64,000 nucleotides of DNA, taken from NCBI RefSeq assembly GCF_009914755.1, contig NC_060928.1. One strand, 5' to 3'. The DNA is from the human T2T-CHM13v2.0 reference genome, Homo sapiens. Of this stretch, positions 1-15,045 are shown piece after piece. A model generated the notes under the pieces. It had not been told where the DNA came from, searched no databases, and saw nothing but the letters and a program-made list of their open reading frames with translations. The position numbers were made by a program, and so were the translations under genes. Every line of letters begins with the position of its first letter. Position 1 is the first letter of the stretch.

Positions 1-372
1 ATGCTGACTCTGGGAACATGCTAAGTCTCTGTTCTCATATTTGTAAACAGGTATAGTAATAGTGCCCATTTCATAGGGTTATTGGAAGATCAAATAAGAC
101 AATCACATGGAGGACACGGAAGAATGCTTGGCATATAGTGAGCACTCAACATCTGTCAGCCATTCTTACCAGTTGTGTAAATTACTTTCTAGGAGCTTAC
201 TGTGGGAATGTCTTGGAAAAAACGTCATGGCTTTTAAAATTCCTGGTATTTTCTGGCAATGACTATTGATTTTCACAAGAAAAATTGGGATTCACTACTA
301 AAATAAGTTTTCTTACATGAAATATGCCCAGGTCTGGGTACAAAGGTAAACTGTACATAATAAAAAATTTGT

Positions 373-741
<369 letters not shown>

Positions 742-744
742 TTA

Positions 745-1520
<776 letters not shown>

Positions 1521-2212
1521 CTATTTTTGATATGTGTTTCAAACATCTCCCAAATGAAGTATGAGAAACGTAATTAGGTATTACCATGGACTCAGAATTC
1601 ATATTTTTCCTTCCTATCCCTCATCTTCCCCAATGATTGCCTAGCTTTGCTCACAGATTTTATCCCCATGGTTTAGTCTGTCTCCAGCTCTGCATGAGAC
1701 CAGAGTTCTTCAAAATAATCTCACTTTAGGGAAAGGACAGAAATTGGACAATGACAGCTCTATGGTCTGGACATTGTTTGGCACTTTGTTGGGGAAAAGG
1801 GGAGAATTGAAACTCTTTACTAAAGTTATTATTTCTCCAATTTCATTCTCACTGTGTTTACAAGAAAAGCCAAAGGAATGACTTCCTCAGAAAGGGGACC
1901 ACTCTCTAATATTGGCAGGTACCAGGATAGAGGCCCACAGCTAACTGTGCTACTGAGATAGTAACGGAAAGTATAGATTCTCTAATCAGGCAAAAGTGCC
2001 TGTACTCCTTCAAGATCTCTTGTAGCACATTGTCAGGAAAAAGCCAATCGGTCTGAGACTCAGTGCCAAGACTCCTGCTACCATTCCTCCCAGAAATTCT
2101 TAGGTGGCTTTGTCTTCACAAGTTTCCATAGTTCTTGATGGAAGTTGTGTTAGACTACATAAAATGTGTCTTGCAAGTATTTTAAAAATGACCATCAAGA
2201 TAAATCAGTAGA

Positions 2213-3763
2213 CACTGACATTCTTCACAGAATTAGAAAAAACTTTAAAATTCATATGGGACCAAGAAAGAGTCCATACAGCCAAAACAATCCTAAGCAA
2301 AAAGAACAAAGCTGGAGGCATCATGCTACCTGACTTCAAACTATACTACAAGGCTACAGTAACCAAAACAGCATGGTACTGGTACAAAAACAGACACATA
2401 GACCAATGGAACAGGATAGAGATCTCAGAAATAAGACCACACATCTACAACCATCTGATCTTCATCAAACCTGACAAAAACAAGCAACCAGGAGAGGATT
2501 CCCTATTTAATAAATGGTGCTGGGGAAACTGGCTAGCGATATGCAAAAAATTGAAGCTGCACCCCTTCCTTATACCTTATACAAAAATTAACTCACGATG
2601 GATTAAAGACTTAAGTGTAAAACCTAAAACCATAAAAACCCTAGAAGAAAACCTACGCAATACCATTCAGGACATAGGCATGGGCAAAGACTTCATGACT
2701 AAAACCCCAAAAGCAACTGCAACAAAAGCAACAATTCACAAATGGAATCTAATTAAAGTAAAGAGCTTCTGCACAGCAAGAGACTATCATCAGAGTGAGC
2801 AGACAACCTACAGAATGGGAGAAAACAGATTTTGCCATCTATCCATCTGACAAAGGCCTAATATCCAGAATCTACAAGGAACTTAAACAAATGTACAAGA
2901 AAAAAAAAAAACATCAAAAAGTGGGCAAAGAACAGGTGAACAGACACTTCTCAAAAGAAGACATTTATGCGGCCAGCAAACATATTTTAAAAAGGCTCGA
3001 CATCACTGATGATTAGAGAAATGTAAATCAAAACCACAATGAGATACTAGCTACACCAATCAGAATGGTGATGATTAAAAAGTCAAGAAACAACAGATGC
3101 AGGCAAGGCTGTGGAGAAATAGGAATGCTTTTACTCTGTTGGCGGGAATGTTAATTAGTTCAATCATTGTGGAAGATGTTGTGGTGATTCCTCAAAGATC
3201 TAGAACCAGAAATAGCATTTGACCCAGCAATCCCATTATTGGGTATATACCTAAAGAAATATAAAGAATTCTATTATAAAGACACATGCATGCATATGTT
3301 CACTCCAGCACTATTCACAATAGCAAAGACACGGAATCAACTCAAATGCCCATCAATGATAGACTGGATAAAGAAAACGTGGTAAACATATACCATGGAA
3401 TACTATGGAGCCATAAAAAGGAAGGAGATCATGTCCTTTGCAGGGAGATGGATGGAGCTGGAAGCCATTATCCTCAGCAAACTAATACAGGAACAGAAAA
3501 CCAAATGCCACATATTCTCACTCATAAGTGGGAGGTGAACAATGAGAACACATGGACACAGGGAGGGGAACAACACATACCAGGGCCTGGCAGGGAATAG
3601 GAGGGAAGGGAGAGCATCAGGATAAATAGCTAACGTATGTGGGGCTTAACACCTAGGTGATGGGTTGATAGGTATAGCAAACTATCATGGCACACGTTTA
3701 CCTATGTAACAAACCTGCATGTCCTTCACATGTATCCCAGAAGTTTAAATAAAATAAAATAAA
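2213..3763 (+). mobile_element. 5'-truncated L1PA element (ORF2 C-terminal remnant, 3' UTR, A-tail)
   Basis: ORF 2323-2850 [32 protein letters not shown] is L1 ORF2p; frameshifted downstream; degenerate TSD AAGATAAATCAGTAGA (2197-2212) / AAGGTAAATTGGTAGA (3764-3779). Confidence 0.95.
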
Positions 3764-4386
3764 AAGGTAAATTGGTAGAAGAAATGCCTCAGGTCATTTT
3801 GCAGATTCCTCTTGGTTTATCAGACTGTAATGCTATAGCTAATGTTGGACAGAGTAATGAGAAGCTTCTGAAGCATCATTCTTTGTCCTGTGGTGGGCCA
3901 GGGTATGGCACAGATTGATTTGATTTTAAAATCTTTTGAAAACCTGGGAATTGCAAATGTTACAAGCAGCATCGTGACTATTACTTTTGAATATAATTAA
4001 ATTGGATCTCTCTAATTCGACTTTATTATACACTTCTTAGAGTTAGCCTTTTGAGTGCTATATTTACATTTGTACATATCAATATTTGAAATAAATAATT
4101 TAAAAAATGGGACAATAACACAAATTAATAGATGACAACTACCTCATGCTTTATAAAATGGACATAAACCTGGTAACAGATTAAATATTTGTAAGAGTAA
4201 ATTCTAATTTTCATTTATTCAATAAAGGCAGAGATGCCTCCAGAGCCCCGGTTTGACATGTCTGCAACACAGCTCCTGGTCTGTCTTGTGGGATACTAGA
4301 AGATTTCTGGGGACTGCCAGCTCTGTCTACCTGTGCCAGTACTCTTAGCATTGCAAAGATGCTGATCACCTGCGTCTAGGAATCAC

Positions 4387-4509
4387 TGATCTGGCTGCCT
4401 TGGCCTCCCAAAGTGCTGGGATTACAGGCGTGAGCCACCCACCTGACCACAAGGAAGATATTTCTAACCACATTTTACAAGGGTGGAAATTTAGGCTCAG
4501 AGAAGTTAA
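4387..4509. repeat. 123-bp dispersed copy of 5784-5906 (Alu 5' end plus flank)
   Basis: Direct comparison: 120/123 identical. Confidence 0.9.
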
Positions 4510-4739
4510 TGGAAATTATTTATATTTGAGGCTCTGGGTTGTTTACAACAAATCAATTAAAGCTTATTTTAGTTTTCTAAGTTCAAAATTCTGTAAAGTT
4601 TATTAGACAAGTTGATAAATTTTTAGCCTAAGTTCTTTGATAGAAACTGGAAGGGCCATATAAATAGTCTAGAACTAATGCAATTTCTTTTTGGGAGAAG
4701 GGTTAGAGGAAAAAGATTTTTTATTTTTTATTAATTTAA

Positions 4740-5033
<294 letters not shown>

Positions 5034-5248
5034 CATAATTTTTTTTATTAATCCTGCTTTGAATCATTGTCATATCAATCTATCAAGGAAAATATTTCTT
5101 TTTGTTGTTGTTGAGACAGAGTATGTCTCTGTCACCCAGGCTGAAGGGCAGTGGCATGATGTGGGCTCACTGCAACATTTGCCTCCGGGTTCACGTGATT
5201 CTCCCACCTCAGCTGGGAGTACAGGTGTGTGCCACCACGCCCAGCTAA

Positions 5249-5582
<334 letters not shown>

Positions 5583-6350
5583 TGCATTTTTTTTTCTAGA
5601 GACGAGGTTTCACCGTGTTGGCCAGGCTGGTCTCAAACCCTTGAGTTCAAGTGATCTGGCTGCCTTGGCCTCCCAAAGTGCTGGGATTACAGGCGTGAGC
5701 CACCGCGCCCGGCCTGCATTTTTTTTTCTAGAGACGAGGTTTCACCGTGTTGGCCAGGCTGGTCTCAAACCCTTGAGTTCAAGTGATCTGGCTGCCTTGG
5801 CCTCCCAAAGTGCTGGGATTACAGGCGTGAGCCACCCACCTGACTGCAAGGAAGATATTTCTAATCACATTTTACAAGGGTGGAAATTTAGGCTCAGAGA
5901 AGTTAAATTCTTTACTCAAGGGCACAGAGCTAATGTATATCACAATAACCTTTCAAATTCAGGGCTATCTTATATCAGTCCTAAGGTTTTTCCATTATAT
6001 CACTTACTTCATATATTCTATTATAACCTTATAAAGCTGCATTTATTGACTCCATTGATAACGCAGATCACATTTCCCTCCCTGTAGCAATATGATAAAA
6101 TTCTGTTACTTCAATCACTTCTATGCTATTTCTTTTGTGTCAATAGACCCATCTATGAGGCACCTGGCCAGGTTGGTGTGGAGTATTATGGGCTTTTATT
6201 GGTTTGTGACTTGGTTTAATTATCACTGGATTCTTACAGAAAGGCTATGATGACACAAACTCATTCCTTTTAGGTGAGATAAGCATAAGGTGAAACTGAA
6301 CTCTGTTTTAAATGCCATACCAGAACTTATCACTGGTTCTATTTATGTTA

Positions 6351-6749
<399 letters not shown>

Positions 6750-6991
6750 TTATCTTCACTTAGTCCCTGTATTGTATTCCATCCAATGCTGACAGTTTCT
6801 CTTTTTGCCATTTACTTGTGCTTTCTTCCTTCAGGTCTCTAACTTGATACATGTCACCATTTCATATTTAAGCCTTCCTCTTTAAACTCCCAAAAAGACA
6901 ATATGCTTTTCTCCTTTGATTTTCCTCCTTAATTTTTTTTTTTTTTGCAAGATAACGGACTTTCTGATAGCTAAAACAAAAATAACAATCT

Positions 6992-7318
<327 letters not shown>

Positions 7319-10145
7319 TCATTTTCTAAACAGGTCCTCAGTGTGTGTTTCCCATGCCCTTGTTTGCCCTTCACTTCCTTTGCCTAATTTAGATTTGTAA
7401 GCTCAACACATAAGCACTTTGTCTTTGTTTATGTACATATGGTGCCTAGCACTAGTCTTGGGTTTACCAAATATTAAATAATCATGACTTCAGAATGATT
7501 ATTAGTATTGGCATTTAAAAAATCATAGCTGGCCAAGAATACTGTTTTGTTTTGTTTTCTCAAATGACCTTTTCTGATTTTGACACTGCTATGGTCGACA
7601 GCTGTACTATAGCACACTTACATTTACCCTTGAATACTACCTGGAGAACAGAGTTGGCACCAAGTGTAGCTGTTTTACTTTTTTGGAACACTTTTACAGA
7701 TTCTGCACTGCACACCGGTTTGCTTATGGATGTAATTTCAGTTGTGTATAATCACCTTAACAGAACGGGAAAAACCCAGATACCATCTTGTACAATGCTC
7801 TATTATGACAGAATTATCTCAATGGGTTAACTTTGCATGTTGGAAATGGGAGGTTTTTTTCTCTTTGATTTACTAACTTGAGCATTCATGATATCTAGTG
7901 TAAGCTCTAAAAAAATCTATGCATTAAATACTCTTGGATTATGTAGTGCATTTATATTGTTAGAGTTTAAAATAAAGTTCTTAATTTTACCTGCTTTTAG
8001 GCTTAAAAAAAAACAAAAAACTTAATCTGTATCTCTTACCTAAACTCCTTTACTCCCCTTAAAGCTGGCCAAATGATTCTGGACCATCATCCCATGGGCC
8101 AATTTATAAAAATAAATGCCAAATACTACATAACAATAGAAGGAATTGATGGTAGATTAGAAGTTTAACAATGCATTTCCTTTTAGAAATGTCAGCATCA
8201 GCTTTCTCACAATAAGGGAAATACAAAGGTTGTTCTCTGCCACTGGCCCTATATTTCAAGTGCAAACAAATCAATGAAAGAAAGTAGTTATGTCAGTGTG
8301 AGGGATACAATAGTGTAACTGAATAGAACAGTTTCGTTAGTGTGTATATTTTTTATTTTTATTTAATATTATGTCCAGACAGAACCTAGGTAATAATATT
8401 GATAAATCAGGGGGAGATGGTTTCCTTTTTCTGAATCAGTTCCAAAATATCTAAACATCTACCTGACCTCTATGTTAGTGTAGTTCTGCGGCAGCATCCT
8501 CAACTCTGAATGTTATGATTCCTGTACAATCAAAATGAATAGTCTGATACTCTACCTGTGCTTCTGATACATTTCATCATGAGATCCATCCTATAAACTC
8601 ACTGTATCTCTCCCTGAATGTCTGTAATTGTACTCCCCATCAGGGACTCTCTGGAATGCTACTTGTAGGTGAACACAATATTTCCTAGTGGAGTGTGCTC
8701 ACTGAGAATGACACAATGTGTAAACAACACCCTTCCACCCTCCTGAGATTCTTACTGACTTGACTACAAGGGTAAAAGTAATTGCAAACCAACGCTTAAA
8801 AAAATGTTTCTAGGGAAAGGGGAGTGGTGTGAGGAATGTCTTTAACAGAATCCAACTTCTCTCAGCTGGAAATCTTGCCTTGAGAGGGTTGTAACCACTG
8901 GAGAAAGCAGTAAGGAGAGGAAGCTCTTAGCAGAGGAGGGCAGTTTCCTGGATCCTTTCTATTATCCTTACCCTCCTTATAGGAGAGGTGAGTAAATTAA
9001 ACCAATGCTTGGCACATGGAACAAGCTCCCAGGAGGCCAGGGAAGGAGCCATATTTGTCTTATTCATTACTGGTATTCCAGGCATGGAGATCAGTACCTG
9101 GCACACAGCAAAGCACACAATAAATATTTATTGATGGAGCAGTAAGGGCTTGACGTGTTTTTAAAACAAAATGACTATGTATGTAAAATCTCCCTAATCT
9201 TGGGTATAGCTGGACTCACGGGAATTTAAAACAAATATTTTAATTCACTTTTAAAGATGACCCTAAATGCCTAACCCACACGATATATTTAGGGATCTAT
9301 TAGATTTTACAGTTGGAAAGATCAAAGCTTTTTAAGTTACAAGTAGAATGGTATTAAGGCCAGAACTTGAAAAGTATTTCTGAACTTAAAACCCAGTGCT
9401 CTGTCTCTCTTCCCATCCCCCAGTGATTTTCTAGATAATATGATGGTAGTAGAAACAGAACAAAGAAACTCTCATTTTTACACTTGCCTTTATGAGGCAG
9501 CATAATAGATAGCTTACTTTGATTATGGTTTGCTGACACAGTTTGGTTTAGACTAATTGGCAGAGTGGCAGATCTTTGTCTAATTCTGTCTTCCAGGTTG
9601 TGCCTAGCACATTACTGGTGCTCAAATGTTAATAAAACAGCAATGCATGCCAAGTATCTGATGTCCTAGATGCTGAGTGGTGATATGCATTATTGACATA
9701 TGTAGATAAGTAGGTTATACATAGTGTGAAAATTAGCTTTAATTGAAGTTAAATGATAGCTTAGAAGTTGACAGTGAGTTAGTCATTTTGTTGGTGGATA
9801 AGACATACTATTATGTCTTACCTGAGGTGATTGATGTAATTCAGTGTTACAGTAGAGCACACAGAGAAAAAAGACTTGGGTGTGCAACTGGAATTCCTAA
9901 CTCTTGCTGTGAGATCTGGCAGAGAGGCATTCCTGTCTGGTGTAGAAGGTCCCCTCTAGCATCCCCCCTCCCCATGGGGCAAGGAGTTCCATACTCTCTG
10001 AGCACCTGGAACCCTGGTCCTGACTGCCTTGCCACTTCCAGACCTCATCTTCCAAGGCTGGCCCCTGGCCCGAGGAATCACCAAGGGGTGGCTTTTTTGA
10101 GGGGTGTGATATCACTTAGATGTGTAGGCTGGGTTGTCCTTGTCC

Positions 10146-10449
10146 TTTTTTTTTTTTTTTTGAGATGGAGTCTCACTCTGTCACCCAGGCTGGAGTGCAG
10201 TGGCTTGATCTCAGCTAACTGCAAGCAACCTCCACCTCCCAGGTAAAAGCAAATTTTCTGCCTCAGCCTCCTGAATAACTGGGACTATAGGCACACGCCA
10301 CCACGCCAGGCTAATTCTTGTATTTTTAGTGGAGACAGGGTTTCACCATATTGGTCAGGCTGGTCTGGAACTCCTGACCTCGCGATCTGCCCACCTCGGC
10401 CTCCCAAAGTACTGGAATTAGTACAGGCATGAGCCACCGCACTAGCTGG
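10146..10449 (-). mobile_element. Alu (AluS-like)
   Basis: Antisense dimer with T tail; GTTGTCCT on both flanks. Confidence 0.9.
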
Positions 10450-10871
10450 GTTGTCCTCTTATGTGTGAGCCTTTCCATGGGATAGGATGAAGCTGAGATG
10501 GAAAGAAAAGGGGATTCCAGTTGCAGACCAGATACCAGTACTCCCTGCAGTAGTACTCAGTACTCCCCCAGTTAATTTGTAGCTTTTAGTATTTATGATA
10601 GAGTATATGGATCCCCATTTGTTAGCTGGCTCCAGAACTTTCTAAAGTTAAAGGCAGTCCGGGAACTAGGACAAGTCATGTAGCCTATTTTAGTGTCAGT
10701 TCTTCATCTGTAAATAAGATAACACTGTCCCACTAGCCTCAGAGAGTTGCAATGATGAGAATAATCTTAAATATAACTACCATTTATTGAGTATATACTG
10801 TTGTTAAACCACTATGCAAGGCACTTTGCATGTATTATCTTGGATCGTCACAAATCTTCAGGGTATGCAAC

Positions 10872-11174
10872 TTTTTCTTTTTTTGTGACAGGGTCTTGCT
10901 CTGTTACCCAGGCTGGAGTGCCATGGTGTGATCATAGCTCACTGCAACCTTGAACTCCGGGGCTCAAGATAACCTCCCACCTCAGCCTCCTGAGTAGCTA
11001 GGACTGCAAGTGCACCCCACCATGCCCCGCTCCTTTTTTTTTTTTAAGTTTTTGTGCAGCCAGTGGTCTTGCTATGTTGACCAGGCTGGTCTTGAACTCC
11101 TGGCCTCAAGCTATCCTCCTGGTTCAGCCTCCCAAAGTGCTGGGATTACAGGTGTAAGCCACTTTGCCTGGCCA
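10872..11174 (-). mobile_element. Alu (AluJ-like) within MIR fragments
   Basis: Antisense dimer; flanks carry MIR core (AAACAGGCTCAGAGAGGTTAAG). Confidence 0.85.
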
Positions 11175-11329
11175 GACTATTCAATTTGTACTCTCTTTTT
11201 ATAAAACAGAAAACAGGCTCAGAGAGGTTAAGTTTCCTCTCCCAGTTTTCTCCCCGCAACCAGGGACACAAGTGAGATAATGTATGTAAAAATCTCATAC
11301 AAATACAAGGTAACATGAACTACTTCATG

Positions 11330-12425
11330 TATCCATTTAATACCTATTTGTTGGCTGCCTGTCTTGTGTTGAGGATATAGCAGTAAATAAAAGGGACAAA
11401 CATCCCTGACTTAGAAGCTTACATTACAGTGGAGGGATAAAACAATAAATAAAATAAATAAGTATAGATGGTTCTCAATTTACGATGGTCAATAAATTGA
11501 CTTTCGATTTTTCCACTTTATAATGGGTTTATCAGGGTATTAAATGCATTTCTGACTTACAATATTTGCGACTTACAATGGTTTCTCAGGATGTAACCCC
11601 ATCCTAAGTGGGCAAGCACCTGTACAATATACAGTATGTTAGGTGGTAAGTAAAGCGACGAAGATAACCAGAGTGTATGGAGTTACAGGGAAGGTGACAT
11701 TCAAATGAAGATATGATGACAATGAGGAACAACATTCTATATTTTGGTTGTTGTGTGTGTGCATTTTTCTTTTTGTTTTTTGTTTTTGTGGGTGCAAGTG
11801 GGGTGGGGAGAGGGGGAGAGATAATCCAGGCAGTAGAGGGAACAGCAGATGGAAAGGTCATGAGACTGGAATTTGCTGTTTCAGAAACAACATGGAGGCT
11901 AATGTGCTTGGGAACAGAATAGTAGAAGAGGTCAGAGAGATAAAGGTCCATAGGATATTCAGGCCATGGTAAGACTTTGGCTTTTACCTTGAGTGGTATG
12001 AGGAGCTAAGCAGAGGAATGATTTGAGAAGGAGTGAAAAGAATTCACACTTTGGCTGCTGTGTTGGAAATGAACTGTATGGCAAGCAAGGTTAGAAAGAG
12101 GGGGACCAGGTGGGTGGTTATGACAAAGTGCTGGCCAGACATGATGCTGGATTGCACCAGGGTCATGGCAGTAGAAGTGGTAGATAAAGGTTAGAGTTCA
12201 GATATGGCATTCTGGAGGTTGAGCTGACGATTTTTACTGACACTTTTGAGGTATAACAGAAAGAAAGGAGTCAAGGAAGTCAACGTTTTCACCCAGGAAG
12301 TGAGAATGGTGTAGATGTGATTAACAGAGGATGGGGAAGGCTGTGGGTGTCTGAGACAGGAGATCTGGAGCCTGGTTTGCACATGTGAATTCTGAGATGT
12401 CTATTAGACACCAGGTGGAGATGTC
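11330..12425 (-). mobile_element. L2 LINE relic
   Basis: Purine-rich antisense L2-like sequence (GGCCATGGTAAGACTTTGGCTTTTAC, TGAGATGTCTATTAGACACCAGGTGGAGATGTCAG). Confidence 0.7.
11465..11622. mobile_element. MER47/Tigger5-like non-autonomous DNA transposon nested in the L2
   Basis: TAGATGGTTCTCAATTTACGATGG...CCCCATCCTAAGTGGGCAAGCACCTG termini flanked by TA. Confidence 0.65.
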
Positions 12426-13830
12426 AGTTATATTTTTTCACTTCATTGGGTTTGAATTCTTTTATCTGCCTCTCTCCTTTTTTCAGAGCTGTATTGGCAC
12501 TTATTCATGTTCCTTTGCTTTCAAGGTAGTGGCCTATGTCATAGAGAATTTGATGTTGGCGCTCAACTAAGAGGTGAAAGAGAAATATAGAGAAGCAGTT
12601 CCAGCAAGAGTAATATAAAAAGGTCTACAGATACAATTTGTAACTCAGATTCCCTTTCACAAGGTTGGGCAGGGACAGTCCCTTTGCTAGGAAGTCACAC
12701 AAGCTGTTTAGTGCACACAGGTGACTTAAGGAACCCCAAAATGTTAGCTGACAATCTATTCCAAGTGTTTAAACTAGATGTTGAAAATCATGTTTGAAAA
12801 GTTCAACGCAGTAGCTCATACATAAAACTCATTGTGTCTATAGATATCAAAATAAGAACTTGTGGGGGGTGGGGGCAAACAAAAATAAATCCCTGGGACC
12901 AGAACAGCAGAGTGGTCCCCGATGCTTGGGCTGACCTTAACACACCTCTACGTGGCCGGGGCAAGGAGTGGGGGGGAGCTGAGGGAATCAGCAGGAGCGG
13001 TGACATCTTGAAGGACGAGGTATTGTTTCTGCACCATGTGGGTCCGGTTTGGAAATTTGAGCATCTAGAGGAGGAGGCTTGTTCTGTCCAAGGCAAAGCC
13101 AGACCTACCAATAAATGTTTCTGATTATGTCACAGAACTTGCCATCCTGGTCTGTCGCTAAGGAGTGATCAACTTTAAATCTGGAGTGTTTGTTGGTCTA
13201 GGGGTGGTAGTGGGTCTGGTGTTGAAACCTCTCTGCCTAATTTCGTGGTCATTTTACTGTCTGAGGTGCCAGAGTGGGCTTGGAAAGCAGGGGAGGGTGC
13301 AGCAAATTACAAATAAGCAAAATAAATCCTAAGAGGATTTATCGCCACAGAAGCAACTCGGACGCAACTCTTGGGCTCAAAAAGAATGCCCAGTACAGCC
13401 CGGGCTGGTGGGCCGGTCTTTTGCCCAAGGTTAGCTTTCAGCCCCTGGGCGGCGGCGTGGCGCCAGGAGCGGGCGGGGAGCAGCGACCCGACGCGGCTGG
13501 GTCTCCTAGTAGGGCGCGTCGGGTGTGGGGAGGGGGCGCGGCGTGAGACAGTGGGGGACACTGCGTGAGGAAAGCCCTGCGCTTCTCTCCGGGGCACCAG
13601 GACTTGCGCCCCCTCTTCGGGTCCAGGCCGCGCGCGGGACCCGACAGCCCGGCCGAGGGCTCCGCGACCCACTTGCGGCCAGAGCGCTGCTCACCTGGGC
13701 GCCGCCGAAGGTGCCGCTCAGACGCGAGGGCGCGGCCGCTGGCGGGCGGGGAGCGGGGAGGCGGGACCCGGCGCGACGGGGCTGCCCCGCCCCCCGATGA
13801 TGCGGCGGCCGCCGACTCGCCCCCACGCTG

Positions 13831-14976
13831 TCACTCATTCCTCACCATGGTTGCAGCACAAAGCAACAAGCCCCAGAGGCCGCTTCCTCCCTGAGGAGCG
13901 GCTCCGGCGGCCGGAGAAGGCGCAGGAGGAGGAAGAGGCGGAGGAAGAGGAGGGGAATCGCCGCTTCCCAAACACTCTCTCCGAGGGGGCTGTGCGCGGC
14001 TCTCGGCTTTCGGCCCTCGGACGCCCGCGCCGGGAGTCCGAACCCGGGCTGTCCGCGGCCCCCTCTTCCCCCTCCTCCGCCCCGCGCAGACGAGGAACAA
14101 AGTTGCCGAGAGCGACTGGGCCGGAGGGCTGCAGCCCGGGCCGGGTGCTCTGGCCGCGGCGGCGCCGGCGCCGGGGCAGCTCCGCTCCGGGCGCGCTGAT
14201 GGGGGGAGGCGGCGGCGGCGGAGCCCACAGCGGCGGCCCGAGCAGCAGAGGCGGCGGCGGCGGCGGCTGGGCGGCCCGAGGGGATGCAGCAGCAGTCGGG
14301 AGGGACGGCCGAGCCCAGTAGACAGAGACCAGGAGCGGCGGCCGAGGCGATCGGGCTTCGCAGCGCCCGGACCTGAGCCAGACCCACCTGGTCCGTCCTC
14401 CCGACCGGCGGCCGAGGCGCCCGAGGACTGGGGACGCGGAAGATCCAAGTGATTCTCGGAGACCCCTGGGCGGCGGCTGCGCAAGCCCCTGAGAGGAGGG
14501 GGCGACCCTCAGCGCCGTGGGGGAGGAGGCTCCGCCTGCCCACAGCCCTCCCCACTGCCACTCGTACCTCCCTAAAAATAACTCGGGCCCGCTGGGGCCA
14601 GGAGGAGCCGCCACTGTCCCCCGAGTGGAGCCGGGGAGGCGTGTCGAGCCAGGGCCGGAGGAAGCCGGCGGAGCGGCGAGGAAGAGGAGGAGGAGGAGGA
14701 AGGGGAGTTCCGCCTGCGGGCCGCATCGCACGGCAGCCTAGGGGCGCCGCGACCCTCCCGGCTGCGTCCAGCCCCTCGCGCCTGTACCGCGCTCTCGGCC
14801 GCCGGGCCCAGCCGAGCCGCCCCCCCGCGGGCCCCGCGCCGCCGCCGCCGCGGTTTGGCTGATTAGTCGCGGGCGGGCGGGCGGGCGCAGCGCGCAGGGC
14901 GGAGGCAGCAGCGGCGCTGGGCCGGGAGGAGGCCGGCCAGGGTGCGGAGCGGCCCCGGCCCGCTCCCAGAGGGGAG
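13831..14976 (+). other. RAPGEF2: Putative long GC-rich 5' UTR of exon 1 (TSS position uncertain)
   Basis: Lies between the GC boxes/initiator-like motif and the ATG at 14977; an in-frame TGA at 14860 limits N-terminal extension. Confidence 0.55.
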
Positions 14977-15045
14977 ATGGCGTCCTACGTAGATAACAGC
15001 TTCCGCCAGGCGGTGATGAAGAATCCCCCCGAAAGGACCCCCCAG
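14977..15045 (+). CDS. RAPGEF2: First coding exon (69 nt, 23 aa, phase 0) of Rap guanine nucleotide exchange factor 2, long isoform
   Basis: GAGATGG Kozak context; translates MASYVDNSFRQAVMKNPPERTPQ; donor CAG|GTGAGA at 15045/15046; similar to the recalled paralogue RAPGEF6 start (MNSPVDPGARQALRKKPPERTP); intronic MIR3688 fits the locus. Confidence 0.9.

Noticed and set aside
2323-3600. 175-aa and neighbouring ORFs as a host gene
   Set aside because: They are frameshifted L1 ORF2 and 3' UTR remnants of a truncated element
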